Assembly: GCA_000991245.1 (NCBI GenBank)
Contig: LBRD01000007.1
Span: forward strand, 37,539-101,538
Reading direction: 5' to 3'
DNA from: Parcubacteria group bacterium GW2011_GWC1_36_108
Lineage (GTDB): Bacteria > Patescibacteriota > Minisyncoccia > Moranbacterales > GWC2-37-73
DNA: 64,000 nucleotides
Shown: in pieces, positions 1-9,430 of the stretch
Layout of the letters: every line of letters begins with the position of its first letter
Position numbering within the stretch: the stretch's first letter is position 1
The notes under the pieces: generated by a model
What the model was told of the DNA's origin: nothing
The model's input: the letters and a program-made list of their open reading frames with translations, nothing else
The model's database searches: none
Translations under genes and position numbers: made by a program

Positions 1-2
1 CG

Positions 3-1784
3 CTTGAAAAAAAATGGTTTGATTTTCTGTGGATTTTTATGGTTGCGTTTGTTGTGATTCTTGGTGTGCGAGTTTTTTTCTTGATTGTTATACGAGGAGC
101 ATATTATCAAGATGTTTCAAAAGGCAACAGTGTTCGTTCTGTTGTGATTAAAGCTCCACGTGGTAGGATTTTTGATCGCGCCGGTGTGCCGTTGGTTAAC
201 AATGTGCCGAGTATTGATGCGGTAGTAATTCCAGTGGATATTCCTAGAGATAGTGCAAAAACAAAAGAAATTGCCGAAGATGTTTCAAAAATTTTGAATA
301 TGAATGTTGAAGAAGTTTGGGTTGTGCTTGAAAAAAATGCCACTTCCAAATCGCTCAATCCTGTTTTATTGAAAGAGCACATTGAACATAATCAAGCCTT
401 GTCACTTCTTGAAAAAGGAAATGATCTTCCAGGAATTGGTATTGAAAAAACGGCAATCAGAGATTATACGGATGGACCTATATTTTCACACATTCTTGGT
501 TATGAAGGAAAAATTGAACAAAAAGAACTTGATCGTGATCAGAGCTATTTGCTTACTGATTATATTGGAAAGCAAGGAATTGAAAAATCTTATGAAAAAT
601 ATTTGCGAGGAGTTCACGGTGCGGATCAGGCAGAGGTTGATTCAATGGGCAACACCAAAAGAGAGGTGGGTATTATAAACCCAAAACCGGGTAGTGATTT
701 GATTATGAGTATTGATGCAGGACTTCAGAAAAAAATTTATGACAGCATTAATGGTATTTTGGAAAAAACAGGAACAAAAACCGCAGCAGCCGTGGCTATT
801 GATCCAAAAACTGGTCAAGTGTTGGCAATGGTTAATGTGCCAAGTTTTGATAACAACTTGTTTGCTAATAAAATTTCGGGCGATCAATATGCAAATTTGA
901 TAAATGATCCAAACAATCCACTTTTTGACAGGGCAATTTCAGGAGAATATCCTCCCGGTTCAACAATTAAGCCTGCAATTGCATCAGGTGCGCTTTCCGA
1001 AGGCGTTATAAATCCATCCACAATCATTGATGGACTTGGAGGAATGCTCCGAATAGGAAGTTATACTTTCGGAGACTGGAAAACTCACGGGCCAAGCGAT
1101 GTGCGCACGGCAATAGCTGAAAGTAATGATATTTTTTTCTATACAATTGGTGGTGGATATGGAAACGTAAGTGGACTTGGAATGACTCGAATGAAAAAAT
1201 GGTACAATTTGTTTGGATTTGGAGAACCTTCAGGTATTGATATTGGCGGGGAAGCAAGTGGATTTATTCCAGATGAAAAATGGAAACTGGATAAAATCAA
1301 GGAAAAGTGGTCAGTTGGGAATAGTTATCACGCATCAATTGGTCAAGGATATGTGACGGCAACTCCACTTCAAGTTGCAAATTATACTGCGGCAGTTGCC
1401 AATGGCGGAACATTGTATAAACCATATTTGGTTTCTCAAATAAAAAAAAGCAATGGAGAAAATATTGTTATTCAGCCAGAAATAATTCATTCTGATTTTG
1501 TTTCTTCAGATGTGCTTTCTGTTGTGCGCGAAGGTATGCGGCAAACCGTCTTGGCTGGGACAGCGCAGACACTTAAAGATATGCCAGTTGAGATTGCTGG
1601 GAAAACAGGTACTGCCGAATTTGGTAGTGAGGACAAAACTCACGCTTGGTTTGTTTCTTTTGCTCCGTATAATGATCCAGAAATTGCTATGGCAGTTTTG
1701 GTGGAAGGTGGTGGAGAGGGTCACTCCAGTGCGTTGCCCGTTACTAAGGAAGTTTATCAATGGTATTTTGGAGGCAGGCAATAG
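3..1784 (+). CDS. mrdA: Penicillin-binding protein 2 (class B transpeptidase); frame is open from the window edge, so probably 5'-partial
   Basis: RGRIFDR dimerization motif; GSTIK (SxxK), SND and KTGT motifs. Confidence 0.9.
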   Translation, partial: LEKKWFDFLWIFMVAFVVILGVRVFFLIVIRGAYYQDVSKGNSVRSVVIKAPRGRIFDRAGVPLVNNVPSIDAVVIPVDIPRDSAKTKEIAEDVSKILNMNVEEVWVVLEKNATSKSLNPVLLKEHIEHNQALSLLEKGNDLPGIGIEKTAIRDYTDGPIFSHILGYEGKIEQKELDRDQSYLLTDYIGKQGIEKSYEKYLRGVHGADQAEVDSMGNTKREVGIINPKPGSDLIMSIDAGLQKKIYDSINGILEKTGTKTAAAVAIDPKTGQVLAMVNVPSFDNNLFANKISGDQYANLINDPNNPLFDRAISGEYPPGSTIKPAIASGALSEGVINPSTIIDGLGGMLRIGSYTFGDWKTHGPSDVRTAIAESNDIFFYTIGGGYGNVSGLGMTRMKKWYNLFGFGEPSGIDIGGEASGFIPDEKWKLDKIKEKWSVGNSYHASIGQGYVTATPLQVANYTAAVANGGTLYKPYLVSQIKKSNGENIVIQPEIIHSDFVSSDVLSVVREGMRQTVLAGTAQTLKDMPVEIAGKTGTAEFGSEDKTHAWFVSFAPYNDPEIAMAVLVEGGGEGHSSALPVTKEVYQWYFGGRQ

Positions 1785-1789
1785 GCTTG

Positions 1790-1891
1790 ACCCCGTTAGA
1801 AATTTCACAAGTATGCATTCTTAAATATTTTGAATTAAGAAAAAAGTCTAAATACAAGTTAAAAGTAGTTTTTTGAAATTTCTAACGGGGT
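1790..1891. repeat. Palindromic mini-element with 18-bp perfect terminal inverted repeats
   Basis: ACCCCGTTAGAAATTTCA (1790-1807) / TGAAATTTCTAACGGGGT (1874-1891). Confidence 0.85.
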
Positions 1892-1919
1892 TGACAAAAT
1901 GGCTTAAAATAGCTATACT
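1891..1919 (+). promoter_or_regulatory. Sigma70 promoter upstream of rnpB
   Basis: TTGACA-N17-TATACT. Confidence 0.7.
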
Positions 1920-1962
1920 GCATCGGTTGTGCTATAATAGATAAGTTCATTGAAATTGTGGT

Positions 1963-2295
1963 ATATCAAAGTAATTGAGTGGTTACCCTGATTTTTATTG
2001 GGGAGGAAAGTCCGGACATTTAGCTTCAATTTATTTTGGAGTAAAGGTAGCGGGTAACGCCCGTCCGCAGTGATGCGAGAGGTGCGAGCAGAGACGCTTT
2101 GATTCGAAAGAGTCGAGCACCCTTCGGGGTGAGTTCTTATAGTAATATGAGAAGTGAAACGGCCAAATCCTTACCTGAATGCAAGACCGTATTCCAATGC
2201 TTTGCATTGGTTTGTGTCGCTCGAGCTTGTCAGTAATGGCAAGCCCAGATAAATGATCACTAATACAGAATCCGGCTTATAGATTACTTTGATAT
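1963..2295 (+). ncRNA. rnpB: RNase P RNA
   Basis: GAGGAAAGTCC and ACAGAA.CCGGCTTA conserved boxes, AGTGAAACGG, P1 pairing ATATCAAAGTAAT/ATTACTTTGATAT. Confidence 0.93.
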
Positions 2296-2330
2296 GCTAT
2301 GAATTTAATGAGATAATTTTATTCAAAAAA

Positions 2331-3764
2331 ATGAAAAAACGCAGCGAATTATTTTTTAGTGCTATTCAGGTTCCAATGGATGCGGCAATGATATTGTTGG
2401 CAGCGCTAAGTGCTTTTGCAATTCGAAATATTCCTGAACTTTTGGCATTAAAACCAAAGTTGTATAACTTTCCATTGGAAAGTTATTTGAATATTATTTT
2501 AACGATAATTCCACTTGCATTATTTATTTATGCTATTGAGGGGCTTTATAATATTAAAGTTACTAGAAAATTTTGGCAGGAAGCTGTGAAGGTTTTTTCT
2601 GCCACTTCTATTGTTTTGGTTGTGATTATTGTGACCATCTTTCTTAAACGAGAATGGTTTTCGTCTCGTTTTATAATTCTTGCAGGATGGGTTTTGACTG
2701 TTGTATATGTGACAATCGGAAGATATGCTTTGCAAAAAATACAGAGATATCTTTTGGAAACAAGAGGTGTGGGTGTGCACAGACTTCTTTTGATAGGTAG
2801 AAATGGCAAGATGGATCAAATCTTAAATTTAATCAAACACAACGCAGCCCTGGGTTATAAAATTGTCGGACATATGGAAGCTGGCAGCATCAGAGCTGTG
2901 CGCGAGCTCAAAGAAAGAAGAGGTGTTGATGAAATTATTGTTTGCGACGCACTGCTTACGGATGAGGAACAAGAAAAATTAATCGATTATTGCGCAATTA
3001 ATAATATTTCATATAAATTTATTCCGACAAAATTGCAGACCGCAAAATTCGAAGCAGGAATTTTCAATGGGGAACCGATTATTGAAATCAGGCATACTCC
3101 ACTTGAGGGTTGGGGAAAAATATTAAAACGTACTTTTGATATAATCAGCTCAAGCATTTTAATTGTAATTCTTTCTCCATTGATGCTGCTGGTTTCATTG
3201 CTTATAAAATTCGAATCACTTTTTGAAAACAGAAAAGGGGCGCCTATTATTTATAAAAATGAGCGCATCGGAAGTGACGGAAAGAAATTTAATGTGTTCA
3301 AGTTTCGATATATGAAATGGGAGTTTTGCACAGACCCTAATACAAAAGAAGGAAAAAAGGCGTTGGAATATGAAAAAGAGTTAATTGAAAAATTAAGCAT
3401 CAAAAAAGGTCCGCTTTACAAAATTAAAAATGATCCTCGCAAAACAAAAGTGGGTGCATTTATTGAGAAATTTTCTATCGACGAGCTCCCGCAGTTTTTC
3501 AATGTATTGTTTGGGGATATGAGTTTGGTGGGTCCTCGTCCACATCAGGAAAGGGAAGTTGAAAAATATAATGAATATCACAGGCGCTTGCTTACCATTA
3601 AGCCGGGGGTTACAGGAATGGCTCAGGTTTCAGGGCGCAGCGACCTCGAGTTTGAAGATGAATATAAGCTTGATGTGTTTTATATTGAAAATTGGTCACT
3701 TTGGCAGGATATTCAAATTTGCCTCAAGACAGCCTTAGTTTTGTTTAAAAAAAGGAAGAATTGA
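2331..3764 (+). CDS. Polyprenyl-phosphate sugar phosphotransferase (WcaJ/WbaP-like priming transferase)
   Basis: N-terminal TM helices; KRTFD, KFRYM, DELPQ, MSLVGPRP, KPGVTG motifs. Confidence 0.9.
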   Translation: MKKRSELFFSAIQVPMDAAMILLAALSAFAIRNIPELLALKPKLYNFPLESYLNIILTIIPLALFIYAIEGLYNIKVTRKFWQEAVKVFSATSIVLVVIIVTIFLKREWFSSRFIILAGWVLTVVYVTIGRYALQKIQRYLLETRGVGVHRLLLIGRNGKMDQILNLIKHNAALGYKIVGHMEAGSIRAVRELKERRGVDEIIVCDALLTDEEQEKLIDYCAINNISYKFIPTKLQTAKFEAGIFNGEPIIEIRHTPLEGWGKILKRTFDIISSSILIVILSPLMLLVSLLIKFESLFENRKGAPIIYKNERIGSDGKKFNVFKFRYMKWEFCTDPNTKEGKKALEYEKELIEKLSIKKGPLYKIKNDPRKTKVGAFIEKFSIDELPQFFNVLFGDMSLVGPRPHQEREVEKYNEYHRRLLTIKPGVTGMAQVSGRSDLEFEDEYKLDVFYIENWSLWQDIQICLKTALVLFKKRKN

Positions 3765-3789
3765 CAAAAACTGTAAAATAGACTATAAT
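3761..3789 (+). promoter_or_regulatory. Consensus sigma70 promoter for khpA
   Basis: TTGACA-N17-TATAAT overlapping the upstream stop codon. Confidence 0.8.
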
Positions 3790-3882
3790 TAGAGGTAGAG
3801 AAGATTAAAAATAAAATGGTTTGGTCGACTGTTTTGAACAATCTTTCTCGGTATTATAACCAGTAATTAATGAAACACAATT

Positions 3883-4236
3883 ATGACAGATGTAAGACCC
3901 ACAGACCAGGAATTTTTAGAGTTCGCTGTTAAGGCGCTCGTTGATAACCCTGGAGATGTAAAGGTAGAAAGGAAAATTGATGAAATGGGAGTTCTCATCA
4001 CGTTGGATGTAAATCCTGCAGATATGGGAATGGTAATCGGCCGAGAAGGTCAGACCGCAAAAGCCCTTCGTACAATTTTGAGAGTAATCGGTGCAAGAAA
4101 CAATGCACGCGTTAACCTTAAGATTAATGAACCAGAAGGTTCTCTTCGCGGAGAGCGAACACCAAGACCAGAGGCAGCACCAGCTCCAGAAGTAAAAAAG
4201 AGCATTGATGATGTGCTTGGAGATATGAACATCTAA
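3883..4236 (+). CDS. khpA: KH-domain RNA-binding protein
   Basis: DMGMVIGREGQTAKALRTIL motif. Confidence 0.88.
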   Translation: MTDVRPTDQEFLEFAVKALVDNPGDVKVERKIDEMGVLITLDVNPADMGMVIGREGQTAKALRTILRVIGARNNARVNLKINEPEGSLRGERTPRPEAAPAPEVKKSIDDVLGDMNI

Positions 4237-4255
4237 TATCACTTTCGATATAATA

Positions 4256-4282
4256 AAAACCCCGATGAAAGTCGGGGTTTTT
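4256..4282. terminator. Bidirectional intrinsic terminator
   Basis: AAAACCCCGA-TGAAAG-TCGGGGTTTT between convergent genes. Confidence 0.8.
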
Positions 4283-5780
4283 ATATTTTTAAAAATGGAT
4301 AAATTGATGAAATCAAGTATAGCGATCCAGTTATTACAACTGGTTCTTTTGACGTTCTGATATTCTTAAGAATGTCAGAACGTTTGTTTTTTATGATGGA
4401 AAAGTTTTTGAAGTTTTGGGATTGCAAAAATGTTGCGATTTCTTGGTTGTCGATTGAACTCCAGTGATTGTCCATTCCTGAGGTTGAAAATTGTGTGAGC
4501 AGGATTTTGTCTGCGAGCGGGATGATATATTTCAGCATTACTTTAAAATCTTTGCCCTTTTTGAAAGCGATAACGAAAGTAAATTTTTGTGAGGGATAAA
4601 TTTTGGCAAGATTATTGCTAAGAGTTTTCATTTTTTGCGGATTGTGCGCACCATCAATAATGAGTGTTTGCCCGCCCGCAACGCTTCGCAAGTGAGCTTG
4701 CTCGCGTAGCGATGCGGGCGGGGCGCCAATCTTGCGAATTTCTAGGCGACCAGGAATTGTGATTTTTTCCAGTGCGCCTCGCAGTTTTGTTTCGTTGATT
4801 TCAATATTATCCCGCTTGGATAATATTGAAAGACAGGCAAGTGCGAGTGAGCAATTTTCGGCTTGATGAATTCCAATCAAGCCTAAATGGATATTTTTTA
4901 AAGATAGTTTTTTTTCTTTGTCATTCCGGGCTTGACCCGGAATCCAGCCGGACTTTATATCTTTAGTTATATTGCTAACTGATGATTTTAATAGGGGCTG
5001 GATTCCCGTTTTCACGGGAATGACAAGGTGAAAATCAAAAATTGTTTCTTGTGTCGTTGAAGAAATGATGGAATAATTTTTATTATTGATGATATGTAAT
5101 ACTGAATTTTTTTCTTCGCATTTATTTTTGATGACGGTTTGTGCTGCAGGCGTTTGTTGTGTGTTGATTGTTGTATTTTGGCTGTTAATTATCCCAGCTT
5201 TCTCAAGGGCGATTTCGGAAATAGTCTTTCCAAGAATTTGAGTGTGATCCAGTCCAAGTTTTGTGATGATGCAAATTTTGTTTTTGTTTGTCACGGTGTT
5301 GGTTGCATCAAGTCTTCCACCAAGCCCTGTTTCCATCACGGCGTAGTCTAGTTTTTCTTTGGCAAACATATAGAAAGCTAGCGCCACATTTATTTCAAAA
5401 AAAGTTGGCATTCCATATGAACTCTTTTCCATTTTCAAAATTGTTGGCAGGATTTGGTTGAAATATTTAAGAATCAGTTTTTCATTCGGCAGTTGATTGT
5501 TGATTTGCATTCTTTCGCGGATATCAAAAATATGTGGAGAAATTGACATTCCAACTGAAAATTCTTGGCTTTGCAGGATATGGCTGGTCAAATGGGCAGT
5601 AGAGCCTTTGCCAGAAGTCCCAGCAATGTGGATAACTTTAATTTTGTTTTGAGGATTTCCGAGCAATTTCATGAAATATTTGGCTCTTTTAAGACCAATA
5701 TCTCCCATAAACAAAGCCTCCCTCGTTGGAATGCGAGTTAGTAAAAAATCTTCAAATTGTTCCAATGTGGTAATTTTCAT
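4281..5780 (-). CDS. folC: Folylpolyglutamate synthase / dihydrofolate synthase with two in-frame palindromic insertions
   Basis: HIAGTSGKGS, ETGLGGRLDATN, LDH, PGRLE, DGAHNP, TGSLY motifs. Confidence 0.9.
   Translation of the reverse strand: MKITTLEQFEDFLLTRIPTREALFMGDIGLKRAKYFMKLLGNPQNKIKVIHIAGTSGKGSTAHLTSHILQSQEFSVGMSISPHIFDIRERMQINNQLPNEKLILKYFNQILPTILKMEKSSYGMPTFFEINVALAFYMFAKEKLDYAVMETGLGGRLDATNTVTNKNKICIITKLGLDHTQILGKTISEIALEKAGIINSQNTTINTQQTPAAQTVIKNKCEEKNSVLHIINNKNYSIISSTTQETIFDFHLVIPVKTGIQPLLKSSVSNITKDIKSGWIPGQARNDKEKKLSLKNIHLGLIGIHQAENCSLALACLSILSKRDNIEINETKLRGALEKITIPGRLEIRKIGAPPASLREQAHLRSVAGGQTLIIDGAHNPQKMKTLSNNLAKIYPSQKFTFVIAFKKGKDFKVMLKYIIPLADKILLTQFSTSGMDNHWSSIDNQEIATFLQSQNFKNFSIIKNKRSDILKNIRTSKEPVVITGSLYLISSIYPFLKI
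4671..4722. repeat. GC-rich palindromic element in frame inside folC
   Basis: CCCGCCCGCA...TGCGGGCGGG; encodes PPASLREQAHLRSVAGG. Confidence 0.8.
4918..5026. repeat. GTCATTCC-family palindromic element in frame inside folC
   Basis: TTGTCATTCCGGG..CCCGGAATCCAGCC ... GGCTGGATTCCCG..CGGGAATGACAA; sister copy at 29944-30043. Confidence 0.85.
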
Positions 5781-5839
5781 GTCCTGCTATCATAGCGTTT
5801 CAATCAAAAAAAGACAAATTTCGATCGTTATTAATTTTT

Positions 5840-5883
5840 TTGGCAAATACTATCACACTCGATAGTGTGATAGTATTTGCCAA
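5840..5883. repeat. Perfect 20-bp-stem hairpin
   Basis: TTGGCAAATACTATCACACT-CGAT-AGTGTGATAGTATTTGCCAA. Confidence 0.85.
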
Positions 5884-5940
5884 TCATTGCAAACATCTTT
5901 GTGTATTGACTTATTTTGTTTTTGGTGTTAATTTGGTTTC

Positions 5941-6102
5941 AATCGAAGGAAGGCTTGTTGATACGGTGTTTTGCGCGAATATCGTTCAGCATTAACCTGT
6001 CCTTTTGTTTTGCTCCAGGGTAGACCCCGCCATGTAACCCGAAATCCTGGAGCGAACCGAATGGTTGCGTGAGGGAGTCGCATTTTATGCGACCATGGCG
6101 GG
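5941..6102 (+). ncRNA. Candidate structured leader RNA with pseudoknot
   Basis: GC-rich island; stems GCTCCAGG/CCTGGAGC and CCCGCCATG/CATGGCGGG cross; extra stem GTCGCAT/ATGCGAC. Confidence 0.45.
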
Positions 6103-6142
6103 AATTCTTTAAAAATCCAAAAAATTGGAGAAAGGAGGCATT

Positions 6143-7231
6143 ATGTTTGATGACAATCGGTATCCTGACTATGTGCAAATTGAATTTGAAAAATATTTCA
6201 AGCGCTTGCGGGAAGAACTTACTTGGAATATGGTGCTTCCAAAATATTTCCGAAAAGATCAATTAAAAAAAGCGCACGAAGCTATTTATGTGAGATGTTC
6301 ATTTCACAAGGAAAGAACCGCCTCAATGCGCTTCTCTTTTTCCAGAAATATTTTTCATTGTTATGGGTGTGGTTCCGGAGGAAGTTTGTTCTCTTTTATT
6401 TCGAAAAAGGAGGGAGGGGCTTTTGAGGCGATGCTTTTTATTAGGAAGCATTTTCAAATCCTTCTGCCATTTTCCAGAAAACAGTGGCGAGCAATAAAAA
6501 CAGAAATGGCGATGATGGAAACACTGGGATTGAATTCCGATTTTCAGGCGATTGCTCTTGATGGATGGGGGGAATCTTATGTGCTTGAAGATGAGGATTG
6601 GGAAGAAATTGAAACCGAGCGGTTAAATTTTGAGTTGTCCTGTATTGATCCCGTGGAAGCTTTTTTTGATTTGAGAGATGATTGTTTTTTTCATCCCACC
6701 ACTCAAATAAAGGAAGTAAAAAAGGTTAATGTTCAAAAAAAAGAAGAGCAAATCTTGTTGGACGTAAGTGGGTTACGCTTAGAAAAGTTTATAATTATAA
6801 GGCACGGTATGTACGGTTTTGATGATCGTTTAAATGAACGTGGTCGTCAACAGATGGAGGAATTATCAAAAAAAATAGATCCACTGCTGAAAGGTGGAAA
6901 AAGTAGTCTGTTGATTTCCTCAACTGCACCCAGAGCATTGGACAGTGCGGATGTGCTTGAAGAAAAATTGTTTTTTAAGCGGCGCGAAGACCTCGAATTA
7001 TTTTGGTCAGATAATAGCCATAATTGGGATATTACAGCTGCCATAGAAGTAATTCTTGAAAAAGGAATTGATTACGAAGTGGTAATTATTGTATCTCATC
7101 TGGAATATTGCGAATATCTCCCGTGGCGTTTTATGAAAAAAGTTTTCGGTTTAGATTCTCAAAGTTTTTCTATGAATAAAGGTGATGCATGTATGTGTAA
7201 CCTAGTAGAAAAAACTTTGATAAAGTTATAA
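6143..7231 (+). CDS. CHC2 (primase-type) zinc finger fused to a histidine-phosphatase domain
   Basis: CSFHKERTAS...FHCYGC; RHG and SSTAPRALDSA motifs; SD AAAGGAGG before ATG 6143. Confidence 0.7.
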   Translation: MFDDNRYPDYVQIEFEKYFKRLREELTWNMVLPKYFRKDQLKKAHEAIYVRCSFHKERTASMRFSFSRNIFHCYGCGSGGSLFSFISKKEGGAFEAMLFIRKHFQILLPFSRKQWRAIKTEMAMMETLGLNSDFQAIALDGWGESYVLEDEDWEEIETERLNFELSCIDPVEAFFDLRDDCFFHPTTQIKEVKKVNVQKKEEQILLDVSGLRLEKFIIIRHGMYGFDDRLNERGRQQMEELSKKIDPLLKGGKSSLLISSTAPRALDSADVLEEKLFFKRREDLELFWSDNSHNWDITAAIEVILEKGIDYEVVIIVSHLEYCEYLPWRFMKKVFGLDSQSFSMNKGDACMCNLVEKTLIKL

Positions 7232-7235
7232 AATT

Positions 7236-7268
7236 AGGCAGTCCTTGTATTCAAGGTCTGCCTTTTTC
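7236..7268 (+). terminator. Intrinsic terminator
   Basis: AGGCAG.CCTTG-TATT-CAAGG.CTGCCT followed by a T-tract. Confidence 0.7.
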
Positions 7269-7320
7269 TTTTATTTGAGCTCTTTTTTATTTTAAAAAAC
7301 CGTGGTAAAATGATAATAGC

Positions 7321-7418
7321 TATAAAGTTCATAAAGTTGCAAGTTATAAAGTAAAGAGCTTGTGATTTTTGTGTTCCTACCTTATGAACTTTAAGAACTT
7401 TTAACATTACAAACTTTC
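7321..7418. repeat. Inverted pair of short-unit tandem arrays (ATAAAGTT... / ...AACTTT)
   Basis: Direct reading; same unit recurs near 14485, 16648, 25579, 30851 and 43784. Confidence 0.7.
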
Positions 7419-7420
7419 AT

Positions 7421-8068
7421 ATGCGATTTGATATTATCACAATTTTTCCGAAGATTTTCGATAGCTATTTTGGCGAGTCGATTGTTAAGCGTGCTAGAGA
7501 AAAGAAAATCGTGGAAATTAACGTTCATAATTTGCGGGATTATTCAGTAAACAAGCATCATAATATTGATGACACTCCATATGGCGGAGGCGCTGGAATG
7601 GTGATGCAAGTCGAGCCGATTTATCGGGCAGTGGCTGATATTCAAAAAGCTAATTTAAAAACCAGAACGATTTTGTTTTCTGCCAAAGGAAAGCGATATA
7701 AACAAAAAGATGCAAAAAGATTATCCGAGTATGATCAGCTCATTTTTGTTTGTGGAAGATATGAAGGTGTTGATGAAAGAGTGGCTGAGTTTGTTGTTGA
7801 TGAAGAAATTTCTATTGGAGACTTTGTCCTGACTGGCGGCGAAATTCCGGCAATGCTGGTGGTGGACAGTGTCACGAGATTGCTGCCGGGAGTTTTGGGT
7901 AATGATCAAAGCGCGATTGAAGAATCACATAGCGAGGAAGGATATTTGGAATTTCCACAGTACACTAAACCGGAAAAGTTTTTAAAGTGGGAAGTGCCTA
8001 GCGTGCTGCTTAGTGGAAATCATAGTGAAATTGAAAGATGGAGAAAGGAGCATTCAGGACTCAAATAA
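7421..8068 (+). CDS. trmD: tRNA (guanine37-N1)-methyltransferase
   Basis: DDTPYGGGAGMV, CGRYEGVDER, SIGDFVLTGGE motifs. Confidence 0.97.
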   Translation: MRFDIITIFPKIFDSYFGESIVKRAREKKIVEINVHNLRDYSVNKHHNIDDTPYGGGAGMVMQVEPIYRAVADIQKANLKTRTILFSAKGKRYKQKDAKRLSEYDQLIFVCGRYEGVDERVAEFVVDEEISIGDFVLTGGEIPAMLVVDSVTRLLPGVLGNDQSAIEESHSEEGYLEFPQYTKPEKFLKWEVPSVLLSGNHSEIERWRKEHSGLK

Positions 8069-8190
8069 TTTTAAGTTTTAAATTTTAAATTTAAAATCAA
8101 TTTCCAATAAATAAATTTGAAATGTTTAAAAATTAAGACATTGAAAAATTTGGATTTGATTAAAAACTTAAAACTTAAAATTTAAAATTT
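8068..8190. repeat. Inverted heptamer arrays (TTTTAAA... / ...TTAAAAC)
   Basis: Direct reading of the trmD-ftsW spacer. Confidence 0.65.
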
Positions 8191-8270
8191 GATAGTCAAA
8201 AATAAAAAGATAAAATTTTATTATTTAGTGATACTGAGATAAATCAAATTGCTATATAAACTTGACCGGT

Positions 8271-9377
8271 ATGCAAACAAAATTGGGGGATAGGACATTG
8301 CTGATAGTCGTTTCGTCATTGCTTGTTTTTGGGCTTATTATGATTGCAAGTGCTGGTGTGATTTATTCAGAGACCAGATTTGCTGACGAATACTATTTTT
8401 TTAAGCATCAATTGATCTACGGAGTTATTCCTGGTATTTTTGCACTGTATTTTTTTTCTAAGCTTGATTATCATTTTTGGAAAAAAGTTGCCGTGCCATT
8501 GTTTTTTCTTGCGGTTGTTTTTTTGATTTTGGTTTTTGTCCCTGGGGTTGGGTCGCGAGTGTATGGCGCAAGTCGTTGGCTTCAACTTGGTCCATTTTCT
8601 TTTCAACCTTCTGAAATGACAAAATTAGCAGTAATAATATATCTTGCTGCTTGGCTTGAAAGTCGAGGAATTCAAAGAATCAAGGATGTTTTTGAAGGGA
8701 TGTTACCGTTTTTGGGGATAATAGGTCTGCTCGCTTTTTTGATTATGAAGCAACCAGACACGGGAACACTGGGTGTTATTGTGCTTACTTCTTTTGCTAT
8801 TTTTTTTATTGCGGGAGCTCGTCTTTCGCATCTTGCTTCAATGGGAGCATTGGGAATGGTAGCGCTTTGGATTCTTGTTAAGATTGAACCATATCGATTC
8901 AATCGTATTTTGGCATTTCTTGACCCGAGCGCTGATCCACAAGGAATCGGTTATCAAATAAGTCAGGCATTGCTGGCGGTTGGTAGTGGCGGTTTTTTTG
9001 GAGTTGGTCTTGGTCATTCCAGGCAGAAATTTAATTATTTGCCAGAACCAGTTGGAGACAGTATTTTTGCAGTTTTGGGCGAAGAAATTGGAATGGTGGG
9101 TGCGATGATTTTGATTGCACTGTTTGTTACTTTGGCGATGAGGGGCATTAAGATTGCTAAAAACGCTCCTGATATGTTTGGCAGACTTATGGCGACAGGA
9201 ATCACATCTTGGATAATATTGCAGGCATTTATTAATATTAGTGCTAACATTGCGTTGGTTCCACTTACTGGAATTCCACTTCCATTTATCAGTTATGGCG
9301 GAACATCGCTTGTATTTTTGATGGCAGCGGTTGGTATTTTGCTTAATATATCCAAACATTCAAATTTGAATAACTAG
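8271..9377 (+). CDS. ftsW: SEDS peptidoglycan polymerase FtsW
   Basis: GASRWL, FQPSE, KQPDTG, LPFISYGGTS motifs; adjacent to murG. Confidence 0.93.
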   Translation: MQTKLGDRTLLIVVSSLLVFGLIMIASAGVIYSETRFADEYYFFKHQLIYGVIPGIFALYFFSKLDYHFWKKVAVPLFFLAVVFLILVFVPGVGSRVYGASRWLQLGPFSFQPSEMTKLAVIIYLAAWLESRGIQRIKDVFEGMLPFLGIIGLLAFLIMKQPDTGTLGVIVLTSFAIFFIAGARLSHLASMGALGMVALWILVKIEPYRFNRILAFLDPSADPQGIGYQISQALLAVGSGGFFGVGLGHSRQKFNYLPEPVGDSIFAVLGEEIGMVGAMILIALFVTLAMRGIKIAKNAPDMFGRLMATGITSWIILQAFINISANIALVPLTGIPLPFISYGGTSLVFLMAAVGILLNISKHSNLNN

Positions 9378-9430
9378 TAAATTATGCTGGATTTATTGCA
9401 CGTTTATTGTTATGCTTAGACTGTAAATAC

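Noticed and set aside
6012-6102. HDV-like ribozyme
   Set aside because: Pseudoknot present, but no P3/P1.1 or catalytic J4/2 pattern could be fitted
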